A stretch of DNA of 33,339 nucleotides from Nitrospinaceae bacterium. Its GTDB lineage: Bacteria > Nitrospinota > Nitrospinia > Nitrospinales > VA-1. The translations under genes and the position numbers were made by a program. This document shows, piece after piece, positions 7,605 through 17,425 of the stretch; the stretch's first letter is position 1; each line of letters opens with the position of its first letter. Location of the stretch: assembly GCA_046754465.1 (NCBI GenBank), contig JBHHVU010000034.1, positions 1 to 33,339 on the forward strand. Direction: 5' to 3'. The notes below the pieces were generated by a model. That model made no database searches and was not told the origin of the DNA. It saw only the letters and a list, made by a program, of their open reading frames with translations.

Positions 7605-10232
7605 TTACCGGTACCGAATCGCCGCCTGGGCCGCCGCGAGAATGGCGGTGGGAACCCGGAAGGGGGAACAACTCACGTAATCGAGTCCAACCTGGTGAAA
7701 AAACCCGATGGACGCGGGGTCACCGCCGTGTTCTCCACATACCCCCAGGTGCAAGTCTGGCTGGGCGGCCCGCCCTTTTTCCACGGCCATTTTTACCAAT
7801 TGGCCTACACCCTCCTGGTCCAGGGTGACAAAGGGATCTTCCTTCAACAACCCCTGGTCGATATAGGAGGGCAAAAAACTCCCGGCGTCGTCCCGGCTCA
7901 AACCAAAGGCGGTTTGGGTCAGGTCGTTCGTGCCGAAGGAAAAGAAATCCGCTTCCTCCGCGATGGCGTCCGCGGTGAGGGCGGCGCGGGGCAACTCGAT
8001 CATGGTTCCTATTTTATAAGGCAGTTTCACTTCCGCTTTTTGAATGACCTCCCTCGCCACTTCAAGGATCAGATCGTGAACGATTTTAAATTCGCTCACG
8101 TGGCTCACCAGGGGAATCATGATCTCCGGGAAAATTTTCAGGCCTCTTTTAACGAGTTTGCAGGCCGCCTCCATAATCGCCCGCGTTTGCATCCGGTATA
8201 TATCGGGAAAGGTGATGCCAAGCCGGCATCCCCGATGGCCGAGCATGGGGTTGAGTTCCTTCATGGCGGCGATCTTCTTGGACAGGGCGGTGCAGGACAG
8301 TTTCATCTCCTTGGCCAGGCTCTGGATTTCCGCGCGGGTGTTGGGAAGAAATTCATGAAGCGGCGGGTCCAACAAGCGAATGGTCACCGGCAGCCCCGCC
8401 ATGACCTTGAAGATTTCCTTGAAATCGGCCCGTTGGATGGGAAGCAGTTTTTTCAGGGCCTCCTCCCGGGTTTTCTGGTTGTCCGCGATGATCATCTTGC
8501 GCACCAGGATGATGCGGTTTTCATTAAAGAACATGTGCTCGGTCCGGCACAGCCCGATCCCCTGCGCGCCGAACCCACGGGCCACGATCGCGTCGTGGGG
8601 GGTATCGGCATTGGCGCGAATTTTCAGGGACCGGATCTCCCCCGCCCAGGTCATTAAGCGGGTGAAATGGCTCGTCATCCGTGGCCGGATGAGGGGAACG
8701 GTCCCCAGGATGACCCGGCCCGAGGATCCGTCGAGTGTAATGCCGTCACATTCCTTTAACTGGACGCCGTTGAGAGTGCATTTCTTCTTTTTCAGTTCAA
8801 CGTCAAGGCTGGAACACCCGGATACGCAGGGTTTGCCCATGGCGCGCGCCACCACCGCCGCGTGGGATGTCATTCCCCCCTTGGCGGTAAGGATCCCCTG
8901 GGAAACGCTCATTCCGTGAATGTCCTCGGGAGAGGTATCCAGCCGCACCAGGATAACCTTCTCTTTTTTTTCGGCCATGGCCAGGGCGGTTTCCGGAGTG
9001 AAGACGATTTTTCCCGCCGCGGCGCCGGGGGAGGCCCCAAGCCCATTGGCCAGAACGCGGATCTTCGTGTTGGGATCGACCATTGGATGAAAAATCTGGT
9101 CCAGTTGGTCCGCGGGAACCCGCATCAGGGCTTCCTGTTTGCTGAGCATCCCCTCGTGGACCAAGTCCATGGCGATCTTGATAGCGGCGGCGGCGGTGCG
9201 TTTCCCTGTCCGGGTTTGTAACAGGTAGAGTTTTTTGTTTTCTATGGTGAATTCCAGGTCCTGCATATCCCGGTAATGGTGTTCCAGTTTCTGGTAGACG
9301 TTCACCAGTTCCTGGTACACCTCCGGCCATTCCTTTTCCAGCTCTGCGATGGCCTTGGGAGTCCGTACCCCCGCCACGACATCCTCGCCCTGGGCGTTCA
9401 CCATGTATTCGCCATAAAATTTCTTTTCTCCGGTCGCCGGGTTGCGCGTAAACGCCACCCCCGTGGCCGAGGTGTCACCCATATTTCCAAATACCATCGC
9501 CTGCACGTTGACGGCGGTGCCCCAGTCATGGGGAATGTTGTTAAGTTTCCGGTAAGTGATTGCCCGGGGGGTGTTCCAGGAGCGAAACACCGCCTCGATG
9601 GCCATCCGCAGTTGCACCAGGGGGTCGTCGGGAAATTCCTGGTGAACGCTTTTTTTGATCAGGGATTTGAACTGCCGAACGAGAGTTTGAAGGTCCTGCG
9701 GGGTGAGGTCGGTATCGAACTCAATGCCCCGTTTGGTTTTTTTTTGAGTGAGGATTGACTCGAATTTTTCCCCGTCGATGCCCAGAACCACGTTGCCGAA
9801 CATGGCGATGAACCGGCGGTAACAGTCGAGGGCAAACCTCGGGTTGCCGGTTTGTTCGGTAAGGCCCAGCAAGGTCTCCTCATTCAGCCCGAGGTTGAGG
9901 ACGGTGTCCATCATGCCCGGCATGGAAACCCGCGCCCCGGAGCGTACGGCAAGCAGCAGGGGGGCGGCCCCATCCCCGAATTTCTTGCCCAGCAGTTTTT
10001 CCAGGGATTTGAGATGGGTCAGAACTTCGGTCCAGAGGTTGGAGGGAAACTTGTTCGCGGACCGGAAATAGTGGGTACAGGCGTCGGTGGCGATGGAGAA
10101 TCCGGGGGGAACGTTGATTCCCAAGGCGGCCATCTCGGCGAGGTTGGCACCTTTGCCTCCCAGCAGGTTTGTCATGTCTCCGTTGCCTTCGGTTCGGTCA
10201 GCTCCGAAGAAATAGACGTACTTCTTTTTCAT
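7605..10232 (-). CDS. ppdK: Pyruvate, phosphate dikinase
   Basis: LLGGKGANLAEM, RSGARVSMPGMMDT, NAQGEDVVAG, phospho-His GGMTSHAAVVAR, GLCRTEHMF, GTNDLTQ, GVCGEHGG. Confidence 0.98.
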   Translation of the reverse strand: MKKKYVYFFGADRTEGNGDMTNLLGGKGANLAEMAALGINVPPGFSIATDACTHYFRSANKFPSNLWTEVLTHLKSLEKLLGKKFGDGAAPLLLAVRSGARVSMPGMMDTVLNLGLNEETLLGLTEQTGNPRFALDCYRRFIAMFGNVVLGIDGEKFESILTQKKTKRGIEFDTDLTPQDLQTLVRQFKSLIKKSVHQEFPDDPLVQLRMAIEAVFRSWNTPRAITYRKLNNIPHDWGTAVNVQAMVFGNMGDTSATGVAFTRNPATGEKKFYGEYMVNAQGEDVVAGVRTPKAIAELEKEWPEVYQELVNVYQKLEHHYRDMQDLEFTIENKKLYLLQTRTGKRTAAAAIKIAMDLVHEGMLSKQEALMRVPADQLDQIFHPMVDPNTKIRVLANGLGASPGAAAGKIVFTPETALAMAEKKEKVILVRLDTSPEDIHGMSVSQGILTAKGGMTSHAAVVARAMGKPCVSGCSSLDVELKKKKCTLNGVQLKECDGITLDGSSGRVILGTVPLIRPRMTSHFTRLMTWAGEIRSLKIRANADTPHDAIVARGFGAQGIGLCRTEHMFFNENRIILVRKMIIADNQKTREEALKKLLPIQRADFKEIFKVMAGLPVTIRLLDPPLHEFLPNTRAEIQSLAKEMKLSCTALSKKIAAMKELNPMLGHRGCRLGITFPDIYRMQTRAIMEAACKLVKRGLKIFPEIMIPLVSHVSEFKIVHDLILEVAREVIQKAEVKLPYKIGTMIELPRAALTADAIAEEADFFSFGTNDLTQTAFGLSRDDAGSFLPSYIDQGLLKEDPFVTLDQEGVGQLVKMAVEKGRAAQPDLHLGVCGEHGGDPASIGFFHQVGLDYVSCSPFRVPTAILAAAQAAIRYR

Positions 10233-10331
10233 TCTTGATCTAATTCGACAGGAAAAGTTATGAAAACACGGGTTTTGTGCCCGTATTGACAGTGGGATGA
10301 GGAGTTAGATTATCCGAAGCGTTTCTGCTTT

Positions 10332-12404
10332 TCAACTTTTTTTAAGAACAATCCTGGAGAAATCCGCGAGTTGCGCGAACAGGCGGGAGATGCCGTACAA
10401 CAGGTGAAGCCGGTTGTTCCTCAATGTTTCGTCCTCGACCATGACCATGACCTGATCGAAGAAATCGTCGACGGCGCTCTTGATTTCGACGATTTTTTCC
10501 AGTGCCCGGGAAAACTCCTTTTCGCGGGCGTGGGTTTCCACGGGTTCCCGGATGCGCAGAAATTCCTGGTATAGTTTTTTTTCCGCCGGTTCCTTAAGCT
10601 GTTCCGGCCGTATTTCCCCGGGCGCGTCCTCGTTCAATATACTGACCACACGGCGGAAGGCGATGGCCAGCGGCTCGAAATGGGGCTGCTTTTTCAAATC
10701 GGACAGGGCTTGGACCTTGGCCTTAACGTCCACGAGGGAATCGATGCCGGTGGACAAAACCGCGTCGACTGCGTCGTAGGGATACCCTTCATCGTTCAGC
10801 AGGCTCTTGAAGCGCTGGGAAAAAAGGTCTTCCGTGTGGGAGCGAATCTTTTCCGCCGGCAGTTTGGTTTTGTCCTCCAGGAGCCGGAGGCCCTCATCGA
10901 CCATTTCATACAGGGAGAATTGCAACCCGCGATGAAGAACGATCTGAATGATCCCCAGCGAATGGCGGCGCAATCCATAAGGATCTTCAGAACCGGAGGG
11001 AATCAAACCCACCCCGATGCAGCCCAGGATGGTATCGAGTTTGTCGGCGATGGAGACCATCGCCCCCGCCAGGTTCGCGGGCGGCAGGTCGCCCGCGAAC
11101 GCGGGCCGGTAGTGTTCCCGGATTCCCAGGCACACCTCCGGGTCTTCCCCGCCATGGGCGGCGTAGTAGCTTCCCATGATGCCCTGGAGCTCGGGAAACT
11201 CGTACACCATCTGGCTGACCAGGTCCGCCTTGCAGAGCCGCGCCGTGCGGCGGACCCGCCCGATTTCATCGGGGCACACTTTCCCGGCCAGCCATTCGGC
11301 CAGGGACGTGAACCGCGTCATTTTTTCATAGGAGGTCCCAAGTTTTTTCTGGAAGACCACCCCCTTGAGTTCTTCCACGAAATCCTCGAGTTGGCGTTTT
11401 CGGTCCTCCTCGAAGAAAAATCTCCCGTCTTCCAGGCGTGCTTTCAGGACCCGTTCGTTGCCTTTTCGGATCTCGTCCCCGCCATCCGGTTTCATGTTGC
11501 TGATGGTGATGAAGTGTGGCAACAGGGTTCCGTTTTCCCCGGTGACTGGGAAATACTTCTGGTGATGCTTCATGGTGGTGACCAGGAGTTCTTTGGGAAG
11601 CTCCAGGTATTGGCCGTCGAAATTGCCCCGGATCGCCACCGGGTATTCCACGAGATGAGTGACTTCGTTCAATAGTTTTGGATCCTCCTCCACCGATCCT
11701 CCGGCCTCCGCGGCGAGGGTCCGGATCTGTTCCCGAATACGTTGTCTCCGGGTTTCCGGGTCCACCACCAGGAAAGCCTTTTCACATTCCCGCAGGTACT
11801 CTTCCAGGTTCCCGGCCCGGAAGGGGTGGGGATTCAGGAACCGGTGACCTTGGGATCGGTCTCCGCAATGGATGCCGTCGAACTCGAAATCCAGCGGTTT
11901 CTCATTAAAGACGGCGACGATCCAGTGGACCGGGCGGGCGAAGGGAATCTTTTTTTCCTCCCACCGCATCTTTTTGGGAAACGGGATGTTGGCGATGAGT
12001 TTGGGGAGGAAGGCGTTCAGGATAGTTTCCGTGAGGCCGCCTTTTTTTTCCAGCCGGGCGCACACCACCTCCCCGCGGGGCGCCGTTTCCACGGTGAGGC
12101 TGGAAACCTCCACTCCCTTTCCCCGGGCAAAGCCCAGTGCCGCCTTGGTCGGGTTCCCCTCGGGGTCGAAGGCGGCCTTGACGCTGGGCCCATAATGGGT
12201 TTCCACCACGTCTTCCTGGCGGGCGGCCACCTCTTGAAAGGCCACGGCGAGACGGCGGGGCGTCCCCAGGGTTTTTGAGGAGCCCGCCCCAATCCGGTTC
12301 TTGGTGAAAAACGCCTTCAGTTCCCGCTCCATGTAGTTCAGGGCGGGATCGATATAGCCCGAGGGAATTTCCTCGGCCCCGATTTCCAATAATAGTTCCG
12401 GCAT
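10332..12404 (-). CDS. glyS: Glycine--tRNA ligase beta subunit
   Basis: LLLEIGAEEIP, TPRRLA, MRW...FARPVHW, HQKYF, EFPELQGIMG, PSGSEDPYGLRR, NRLHLL. Start taken at ATG 12404. Confidence 0.97.
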   Translation of the reverse strand: MPELLLEIGAEEIPSGYIDPALNYMERELKAFFTKNRIGAGSSKTLGTPRRLAVAFQEVAARQEDVVETHYGPSVKAAFDPEGNPTKAALGFARGKGVEVSSLTVETAPRGEVVCARLEKKGGLTETILNAFLPKLIANIPFPKKMRWEEKKIPFARPVHWIVAVFNEKPLDFEFDGIHCGDRSQGHRFLNPHPFRAGNLEEYLRECEKAFLVVDPETRRQRIREQIRTLAAEAGGSVEEDPKLLNEVTHLVEYPVAIRGNFDGQYLELPKELLVTTMKHHQKYFPVTGENGTLLPHFITISNMKPDGGDEIRKGNERVLKARLEDGRFFFEEDRKRQLEDFVEELKGVVFQKKLGTSYEKMTRFTSLAEWLAGKVCPDEIGRVRRTARLCKADLVSQMVYEFPELQGIMGSYYAAHGGEDPEVCLGIREHYRPAFAGDLPPANLAGAMVSIADKLDTILGCIGVGLIPSGSEDPYGLRRHSLGIIQIVLHRGLQFSLYEMVDEGLRLLEDKTKLPAEKIRSHTEDLFSQRFKSLLNDEGYPYDAVDAVLSTGIDSLVDVKAKVQALSDLKKQPHFEPLAIAFRRVVSILNEDAPGEIRPEQLKEPAEKKLYQEFLRIREPVETHAREKEFSRALEKIVEIKSAVDDFFDQVMVMVEDETLRNNRLHLLYGISRLFAQLADFSRIVLKKS

Positions 12405-12666
12405 GAAAGGCGAATGAGCTCCGAGTTGAGGATATCGAACCGGTTTGTCCGGTTCAGGGAGACCCAGGTCCAACTCCTGGACCCTGAAATCCGGGTTGGG
12501 GTTAAAGATGGGTATGTATCAAACAAACCTTTCAAAGTCAACCGGCCAGGGAAGAAGATAATTGATTTGCCCCTTTTTGCGCTCCTTTTTATAAGGTATA
12601 ATAATTACAATCAGTTACGATTGTTTGAACGAAAGGATTTGCCATGCCGGAGGAAAGCCATCCTTC

Positions 12667-15087
12667 ATGACTACCGCACTTTTTTTGATCCTCCTCGTAT
12701 TGGGGGGGTTGGCAATCGCGAAAGTGGTGCTTCTGGATAAACCCGGAAAAAAAATTCCGGATGCCAGGCCGGACTCCACCGGCTCCCGGAAGGGCGGCCC
12801 CGAAACGGCCTCAAATAACAGTTTAGAATCCGATGGCGAGAAGTGTTTTAAAAAGGCGCTGAATATTTCGGAGGAGACCCGGTTTCCGAAGGTAGCCCTC
12901 CACCGCTTGCCGCCCGACCCCGAGGTTTTTTTCGGCAGGAAAGGATTCCAGAATGCCATGCCGTCCTCGGGAGGGAAAAAACCCGCGCTCATCGGCCTGT
13001 ATGGCATGGAGGGTATCGGCAAGACCGCCCTGGGCGTCCGGATGGCGCGGAACCTCCTGCCCGGTTACCGCGACGACCAGATATATTTCGATATGCGGGG
13101 AACCACGGCCCACCCGGTGTCTCCCGAGGAAGTCATGGCCCGGGTCATTCACCTGTATCGTCCGCTGGAGAGATTGTCCAGCCGCCTGGAGGACCTGCAA
13201 GGGATGTATCGGTTTGTTCTGAAGAAGCAGAAAGTGATTTTGTTTCTGGACAACCCGCCGAATATCGCAGCCGTCAAAACCCTGGCCCCTCCGGCCCATT
13301 GCCTGGTGATCGTCGCTTCCTCCAAACCGCTTTCCCTGCCCGGCCAGAATTCCATCAAGCTGAATCCCTTGACCCCCAACGAATCCCAGTCCCTGCTGCT
13401 GGCGCTGACGCCCAGGATAGGGTTCTGGATCCGTGAGATCTCCAAGCTGTGCCTCGGCCACCCGTTGGCGCTTACCCTGGCGGCCCGGTTTATAAGCGCG
13501 GCCAAGGGTTATGACCCCTCTCACTATGTGGATAGCCTTCGGGATGAAATCAATCGGTTGAAATCGCAGACGGGAAACGGCCTGCAATCGGTGATGGATG
13601 CTGCGTTCACGCTCACCTACAAGCAGTTGCCCCAAAAAACCGCCTTGGTTCTGCGCAAACTGATCTTGCTCCCGGAGACTTTCGACGCCAAGGCCGAGGC
13701 CTTCATTTGCGAGGATGATGATAATGGGCATCTCACCACCTTGATGATGTACGGCCTGGTAGGGAACAACAGGAACGACAATCGTTTTTACCTGCACGGC
13801 CAGGTGCGGCGGTACCTGGAATCCCGCCGCAGGAAATCGGAAATGGCCTTGGCGGAGAAAAAGTTCGCCACGTACTATTTGACCCTGCTGATATCCGCCC
13901 GTGATTTTTATGAACGGGGCGGAGAAGGGATGGAACGCGGATTGAATCTTTTCGATCTGGAATGGGAAAACATCCGTACCGGCTTTGCGTGGGCCCAGGC
14001 CCACTGCCAAAAAGACAGCGAAGCAGAAAAACTGGCCGTCGCCTATGGAGAAGAAGGGGCGCCATTGCTAATCTTGCGGCAGCCTCCCCAGGAGATCATC
14101 CGCTGGTTCGAGGGGGTCCTGAACATCGCACGGCGCATGAAAGAAAATCAGACGGTGAACAAATTCCTTTTGAACCTGGGGTGGGAATGGAACAAGATGG
14201 GCCAGCCCGAACGCGCCAGGAAATATTTGGAGGAAGCCCTGGACCTGTCCAGGAAATTGCAGGATACCCCTGCGGAAATCAAGGTGCTCGATTGCCTGGG
14301 ATCGACCCAGCGGACGTTGGGCAAGCCGCACGGCGCCATCGAATTATTGGAAAACGAATGGAAACTCATGAAGGATTTCGGCAACACGGCTGGAGAGGAA
14401 GATGTGCTCAAAAGCCTGGGTGAGCTCTACCACCAAGTCGGGGAAGACCAGCGCGCCCTGGAATATTTCAAGATCGAGCTGGAATGGGCCCGGGAAAAAG
14501 AGGATTCCCCCCGGCAGGGCCGCATCTTGGGAGACCTCGGAAATGTCTATGCGTCCTTGGGAGATTCCGGATCGGCCATGGAGTTTTTTGAGCAGGGATT
14601 GGCGTTTGCCCGGGAATCCGGAAATAAATCCGAGGAATGCCGTTTGTTGAAGCGGCTGGGGGATGCCCATGGGGAACTTGGGGTCCCCAGGAAAGGGATT
14701 CCTTCCTACAGAGAGGGATTGGAACTGGCCCGGGCCGTCGGCGACCACCAGGCGGCGGGGTCCATGATGTTGCGGATAGGAGAAATCCTCGCCGAGGAAA
14801 AAAAATACGGTGAGGCCGTGGAGTGGTATCGAAAAGCGGTGATTCTTTTCCAGAAAACAACGGAACGCCGCAAGGAGGCGGAGACGCTTTGGAATTTGAG
14901 TTTGGCTTTGGATCGATCGGGAAACCAAACCGAGGCGGTTCGGCGCGCCAGGTCCGCGCTCCAGATTTTCCGGGAACTGAATCGTCCCGAGGTGCGGGAA
15001 ATCCGCGAACAGCTCACGGCCTGGGAGGCGGCGCAAGAGGCCTCCCCCCAAAAACCCCTCGAAACTTCCGCACCCGAAAAAACCTGA
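12667..15087 (+). CDS. STAND-class (NB-ARC-like) NTPase with C-terminal TPR repeats and an N-terminal transmembrane helix
   Basis: Hydrophobic N-terminus ALFLILLVLGGLAIAKVVLL; P-loop GMEGIGKT; Walker B ILFLDN; GHPLAL (GxP); LHGQVR (MHD-like); EWENI; repeated ~40-aa TPRs (LGxxYxxxGxxxxAxxxFExxL). ATG 12667 chosen; the ORF is open from 12625. Confidence 0.85.
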   Translation: MTTALFLILLVLGGLAIAKVVLLDKPGKKIPDARPDSTGSRKGGPETASNNSLESDGEKCFKKALNISEETRFPKVALHRLPPDPEVFFGRKGFQNAMPSSGGKKPALIGLYGMEGIGKTALGVRMARNLLPGYRDDQIYFDMRGTTAHPVSPEEVMARVIHLYRPLERLSSRLEDLQGMYRFVLKKQKVILFLDNPPNIAAVKTLAPPAHCLVIVASSKPLSLPGQNSIKLNPLTPNESQSLLLALTPRIGFWIREISKLCLGHPLALTLAARFISAAKGYDPSHYVDSLRDEINRLKSQTGNGLQSVMDAAFTLTYKQLPQKTALVLRKLILLPETFDAKAEAFICEDDDNGHLTTLMMYGLVGNNRNDNRFYLHGQVRRYLESRRRKSEMALAEKKFATYYLTLLISARDFYERGGEGMERGLNLFDLEWENIRTGFAWAQAHCQKDSEAEKLAVAYGEEGAPLLILRQPPQEIIRWFEGVLNIARRMKENQTVNKFLLNLGWEWNKMGQPERARKYLEEALDLSRKLQDTPAEIKVLDCLGSTQRTLGKPHGAIELLENEWKLMKDFGNTAGEEDVLKSLGELYHQVGEDQRALEYFKIELEWAREKEDSPRQGRILGDLGNVYASLGDSGSAMEFFEQGLAFARESGNKSEECRLLKRLGDAHGELGVPRKGIPSYREGLELARAVGDHQAAGSMMLRIGEILAEEKKYGEAVEWYRKAVILFQKTTERRKEAETLWNLSLALDRSGNQTEAVRRARSALQIFRELNRPEVREIREQLTAWEAAQEASPQKPLETSAPEKT

Positions 15088-15091
15088 CCCC

Positions 15092-15961
15092 TTATTTTTT
15101 CAGCAGAGGATAGTCTATTGCCTCCCGCCGGGCGATATAGCCCTCCGCGCATAAACGCGCGAGCTTTCTCACCCGGGCGATGAACCCGGTCCGCTCCGTC
15201 ACGCTGATCGCCCCTCGGGCCTCCAGCTGGTTGAAAGCGTGGGAGCACTTCAGGGTGTAATCGTAAGCGGGTAGCACCAGGTCCTTTTCCAGCAGCTCCG
15301 AGGCTTCCGCCTCATACATGTCGAACCATTGGAAGAGCCGGTTCTTGTTCGACTCCTCGAAATTGTAGCGGGAAAACTGTTTTTCGGTTTCGAGGTGAAC
15401 ATCGCCGTATTGGAGCACCTCGTTCCATTGCAGGTCGTAAACGTTGTCGATGTTCTGCAGGTACATGGAGATTCTTTCCAGACCGTAAGTCAGTTCCACG
15501 GTCACCGGGGCCAGGTCGATGCCGCCGACCTGCTGGAAATAGGTGAACTGGGTGATTTCCATGCCATCCAGCCAAACTTCCCACCCCAGCCCCCAGGCAC
15601 CAAGCGTGGGCGACTCCCAATCGTCTTCCACGAAGCGGATGTCGTGTTTCCGGAGGTCGATCCCCAGCGCGGTGAGGCTTTGCAGGTAGACGTCCTGGAC
15701 ATCCTCCGTCGAAGGCTTGATGATGACCTGGTACTGGTAATAATGTTGCAGGCGGTTGGGATTTTCCCCGTACCGGCCGTCGGTGGGCCTGCGGGAGGGT
15801 TCGACATAGGCCGCCCGGTACGGTTCGGGACCCAGCACGCGAAAAAAGGTACTGGGATTGAAAGTGCCCGCGCCCACTTCGATGTCGTAAGGTTGATGAA
15901 TGGCGCAGCCTTTTGACGCCCAGTAACTCTGCAGATTCAGGATCACATTTTGGAAATTCAT
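15092..15961 (-). CDS. glyQ: Glycine--tRNA ligase alpha subunit
   Basis: [63 protein letters not shown]. Confidence 0.99.
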   Translation of the reverse strand: MNFQNVILNLQSYWASKGCAIHQPYDIEVGAGTFNPSTFFRVLGPEPYRAAYVEPSRRPTDGRYGENPNRLQHYYQYQVIIKPSTEDVQDVYLQSLTALGIDLRKHDIRFVEDDWESPTLGAWGLGWEVWLDGMEITQFTYFQQVGGIDLAPVTVELTYGLERISMYLQNIDNVYDLQWNEVLQYGDVHLETEKQFSRYNFEESNKNRLFQWFDMYEAEASELLEKDLVLPAYDYTLKCSHAFNQLEARGAISVTERTGFIARVRKLARLCAEGYIARREAIDYPLLKK

Positions 15962-16026
15962 AGGGGTAGGGTGTCCATGAATAAGGGATTCATTCCGGGA
16001 AACGCTGTCTCCCGCGGCGCCCGCGG

Positions 16027-16035
16027 ATTATAACA
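16027..16035 (-). promoter_or_regulatory. Extended -10 promoter upstream of glyQ
   Basis: TGTTATAAT (TGn + TATAAT) on the minus strand, about 65 nt before the glyQ ATG. Confidence 0.5.
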
Positions 16036-16070
16036 GAATATGGCTGGAGAATGGATTCCCGCTCCCGGTT

Positions 16071-16658
16071 TTATTCAATATCCTTGAACGATCTTCGGAC
16101 CTCTTCTATTTTTTCACGGTATTTTTCGCCGTCGCCGTACTCGAAAAACTTGGGGTAACGGTTGTGGAGGAACTTGACTTTCCGGGCATGTTTGATGGGG
16201 CACCAGTACTGTTCCGTCCGGGCGCCCACTTCCTGGGCATAAGCCACCAGGCCGTTAAAATAACCGCAATAGAGACAGTTCAATTTTTCGATTCCGTTGA
16301 GATAACTCAGGTAGTGCCGGTCGAGGACGATATAATCGCGGCGCCGAACTTTGGGGATGCCATAGACCGGAAAACAGAGGGCCTGGTACATGGTGATCAT
16401 CAGGTCCATGAATACCGTGGGAATCAGGCAAGACCAGATCACCGGCGCGGTGAGAATTGTGGACCAGGGCGCCTCGTGAAAATAAAGGCGAATCTTTTTC
16501 ACCAGCAGTTTGTGGTTCCGTTTGATATCGCGTTCAAAACGGACCTTTTCCCGGATTATCTTGTAATAAAATTGCCTTTCCTTTTTCTGGATCTCAGCAC
16601 GCAGTTCGTTTTCCAACTGCTTAATTTTTACCAGTAAACTCTCTATTTTATCTTCCAT
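16071..16658 (-). CDS. Conserved hypothetical protein with a coiled-coil N-terminus, one hydrophobic segment and a Cys/His-rich C-terminus
   Basis: 195-aa ORF; motifs QALCFPVYGIP, DRHYL, KLNCLYCGYFNG and RTEQYWCPIKH look like a real conserved family. Confidence 0.75.
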   Translation of the reverse strand: MEDKIESLLVKIKQLENELRAEIQKKERQFYYKIIREKVRFERDIKRNHKLLVKKIRLYFHEAPWSTILTAPVIWSCLIPTVFMDLMITMYQALCFPVYGIPKVRRRDYIVLDRHYLSYLNGIEKLNCLYCGYFNGLVAYAQEVGARTEQYWCPIKHARKVKFLHNRYPKFFEYGDGEKYREKIEEVRRSFKDIE

Positions 16659-16923
16659 GGCCGACTCGATGTGGTTGGACGATCACTGGGGGAATGGAAA
16701 AATCAACGGCTCCGCCTTGACTCCTGTTTTCCTCCCGGTGCCATGAACAGACGAAGCGGGACAATTCACCCCTAAGAAATCACCATAGCATTTTTTTCCG
16801 GGATCACGAAAACGAAAACCATTTGGTTTTTCTGAAAGGTCTGGCAACCTGTAAATCCCGAGGATTTGCCGGAAGTTTTTTGTTAAACTTGAAGGCACCC
16901 ACTTTCAACCTTATGGACAGGGC

Positions 16924-17283
16924 ATGCACGCGGTATACAGGGCCGTTCCCTTTGAGGACGTTTCTCGAATTCTCGAATACTGCCGGACCAACAGCGTACA
17001 AAACGGCGGCCTGTTCGAGGTGTATCCCGGTCCCGAAGGCGGCATGGAGATGGTGATCGTGAACTCCTCGGCCGAGAAGGGCCCCGCCCCTAATTTCCGT
17101 CCCTTGGGCGCGTTTTATTGCAACTTCGTGGCGCCGGGAGTGATTTCCCTCGAGGAGGAAGATCCCCATTTCGACGGCGTCCCCTCGCGCAAACGGCACG
17201 TGAAAGCCATCAAACAGGTCATCGACATCCTCCTGCATGACGCTTTTCCTGGAACCCGGATCCACTTCCAAGATCTCCCCTAA
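16924..17283 (+). CDS. Hypothetical protein
   Basis: 119-aa ATG-start ORF with natural amino-acid composition that fills an otherwise empty gap; no recognised motif. Confidence 0.6.
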   Translation: MHAVYRAVPFEDVSRILEYCRTNSVQNGGLFEVYPGPEGGMEMVIVNSSAEKGPAPNFRPLGAFYCNFVAPGVISLEEEDPHFDGVPSRKRHVKAIKQVIDILLHDAFPGTRIHFQDLP

Positions 17284-17425
17284 ACCGGCGTCAGGCTTTG
17301 AATCTTGGAATTTTGGAATTTTGGTCCAGGGAGTTTTAAGGAATAGCCGGGATGGGCATCGCCCTGAAACGGGACCTATCAAGAAAATGTTTTCCAGTTG
17401 TTGTTAAGAAAGGATGACCCCTTGC

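Noticed and set aside
12405..12620. T-box or other riboswitch ahead of glyS (also checked ahead of glyQ)
   Set aside because: No T-box consensus (AAGGTGGNACC-like) or terminator/antiterminator was recognised; only small hairpins.
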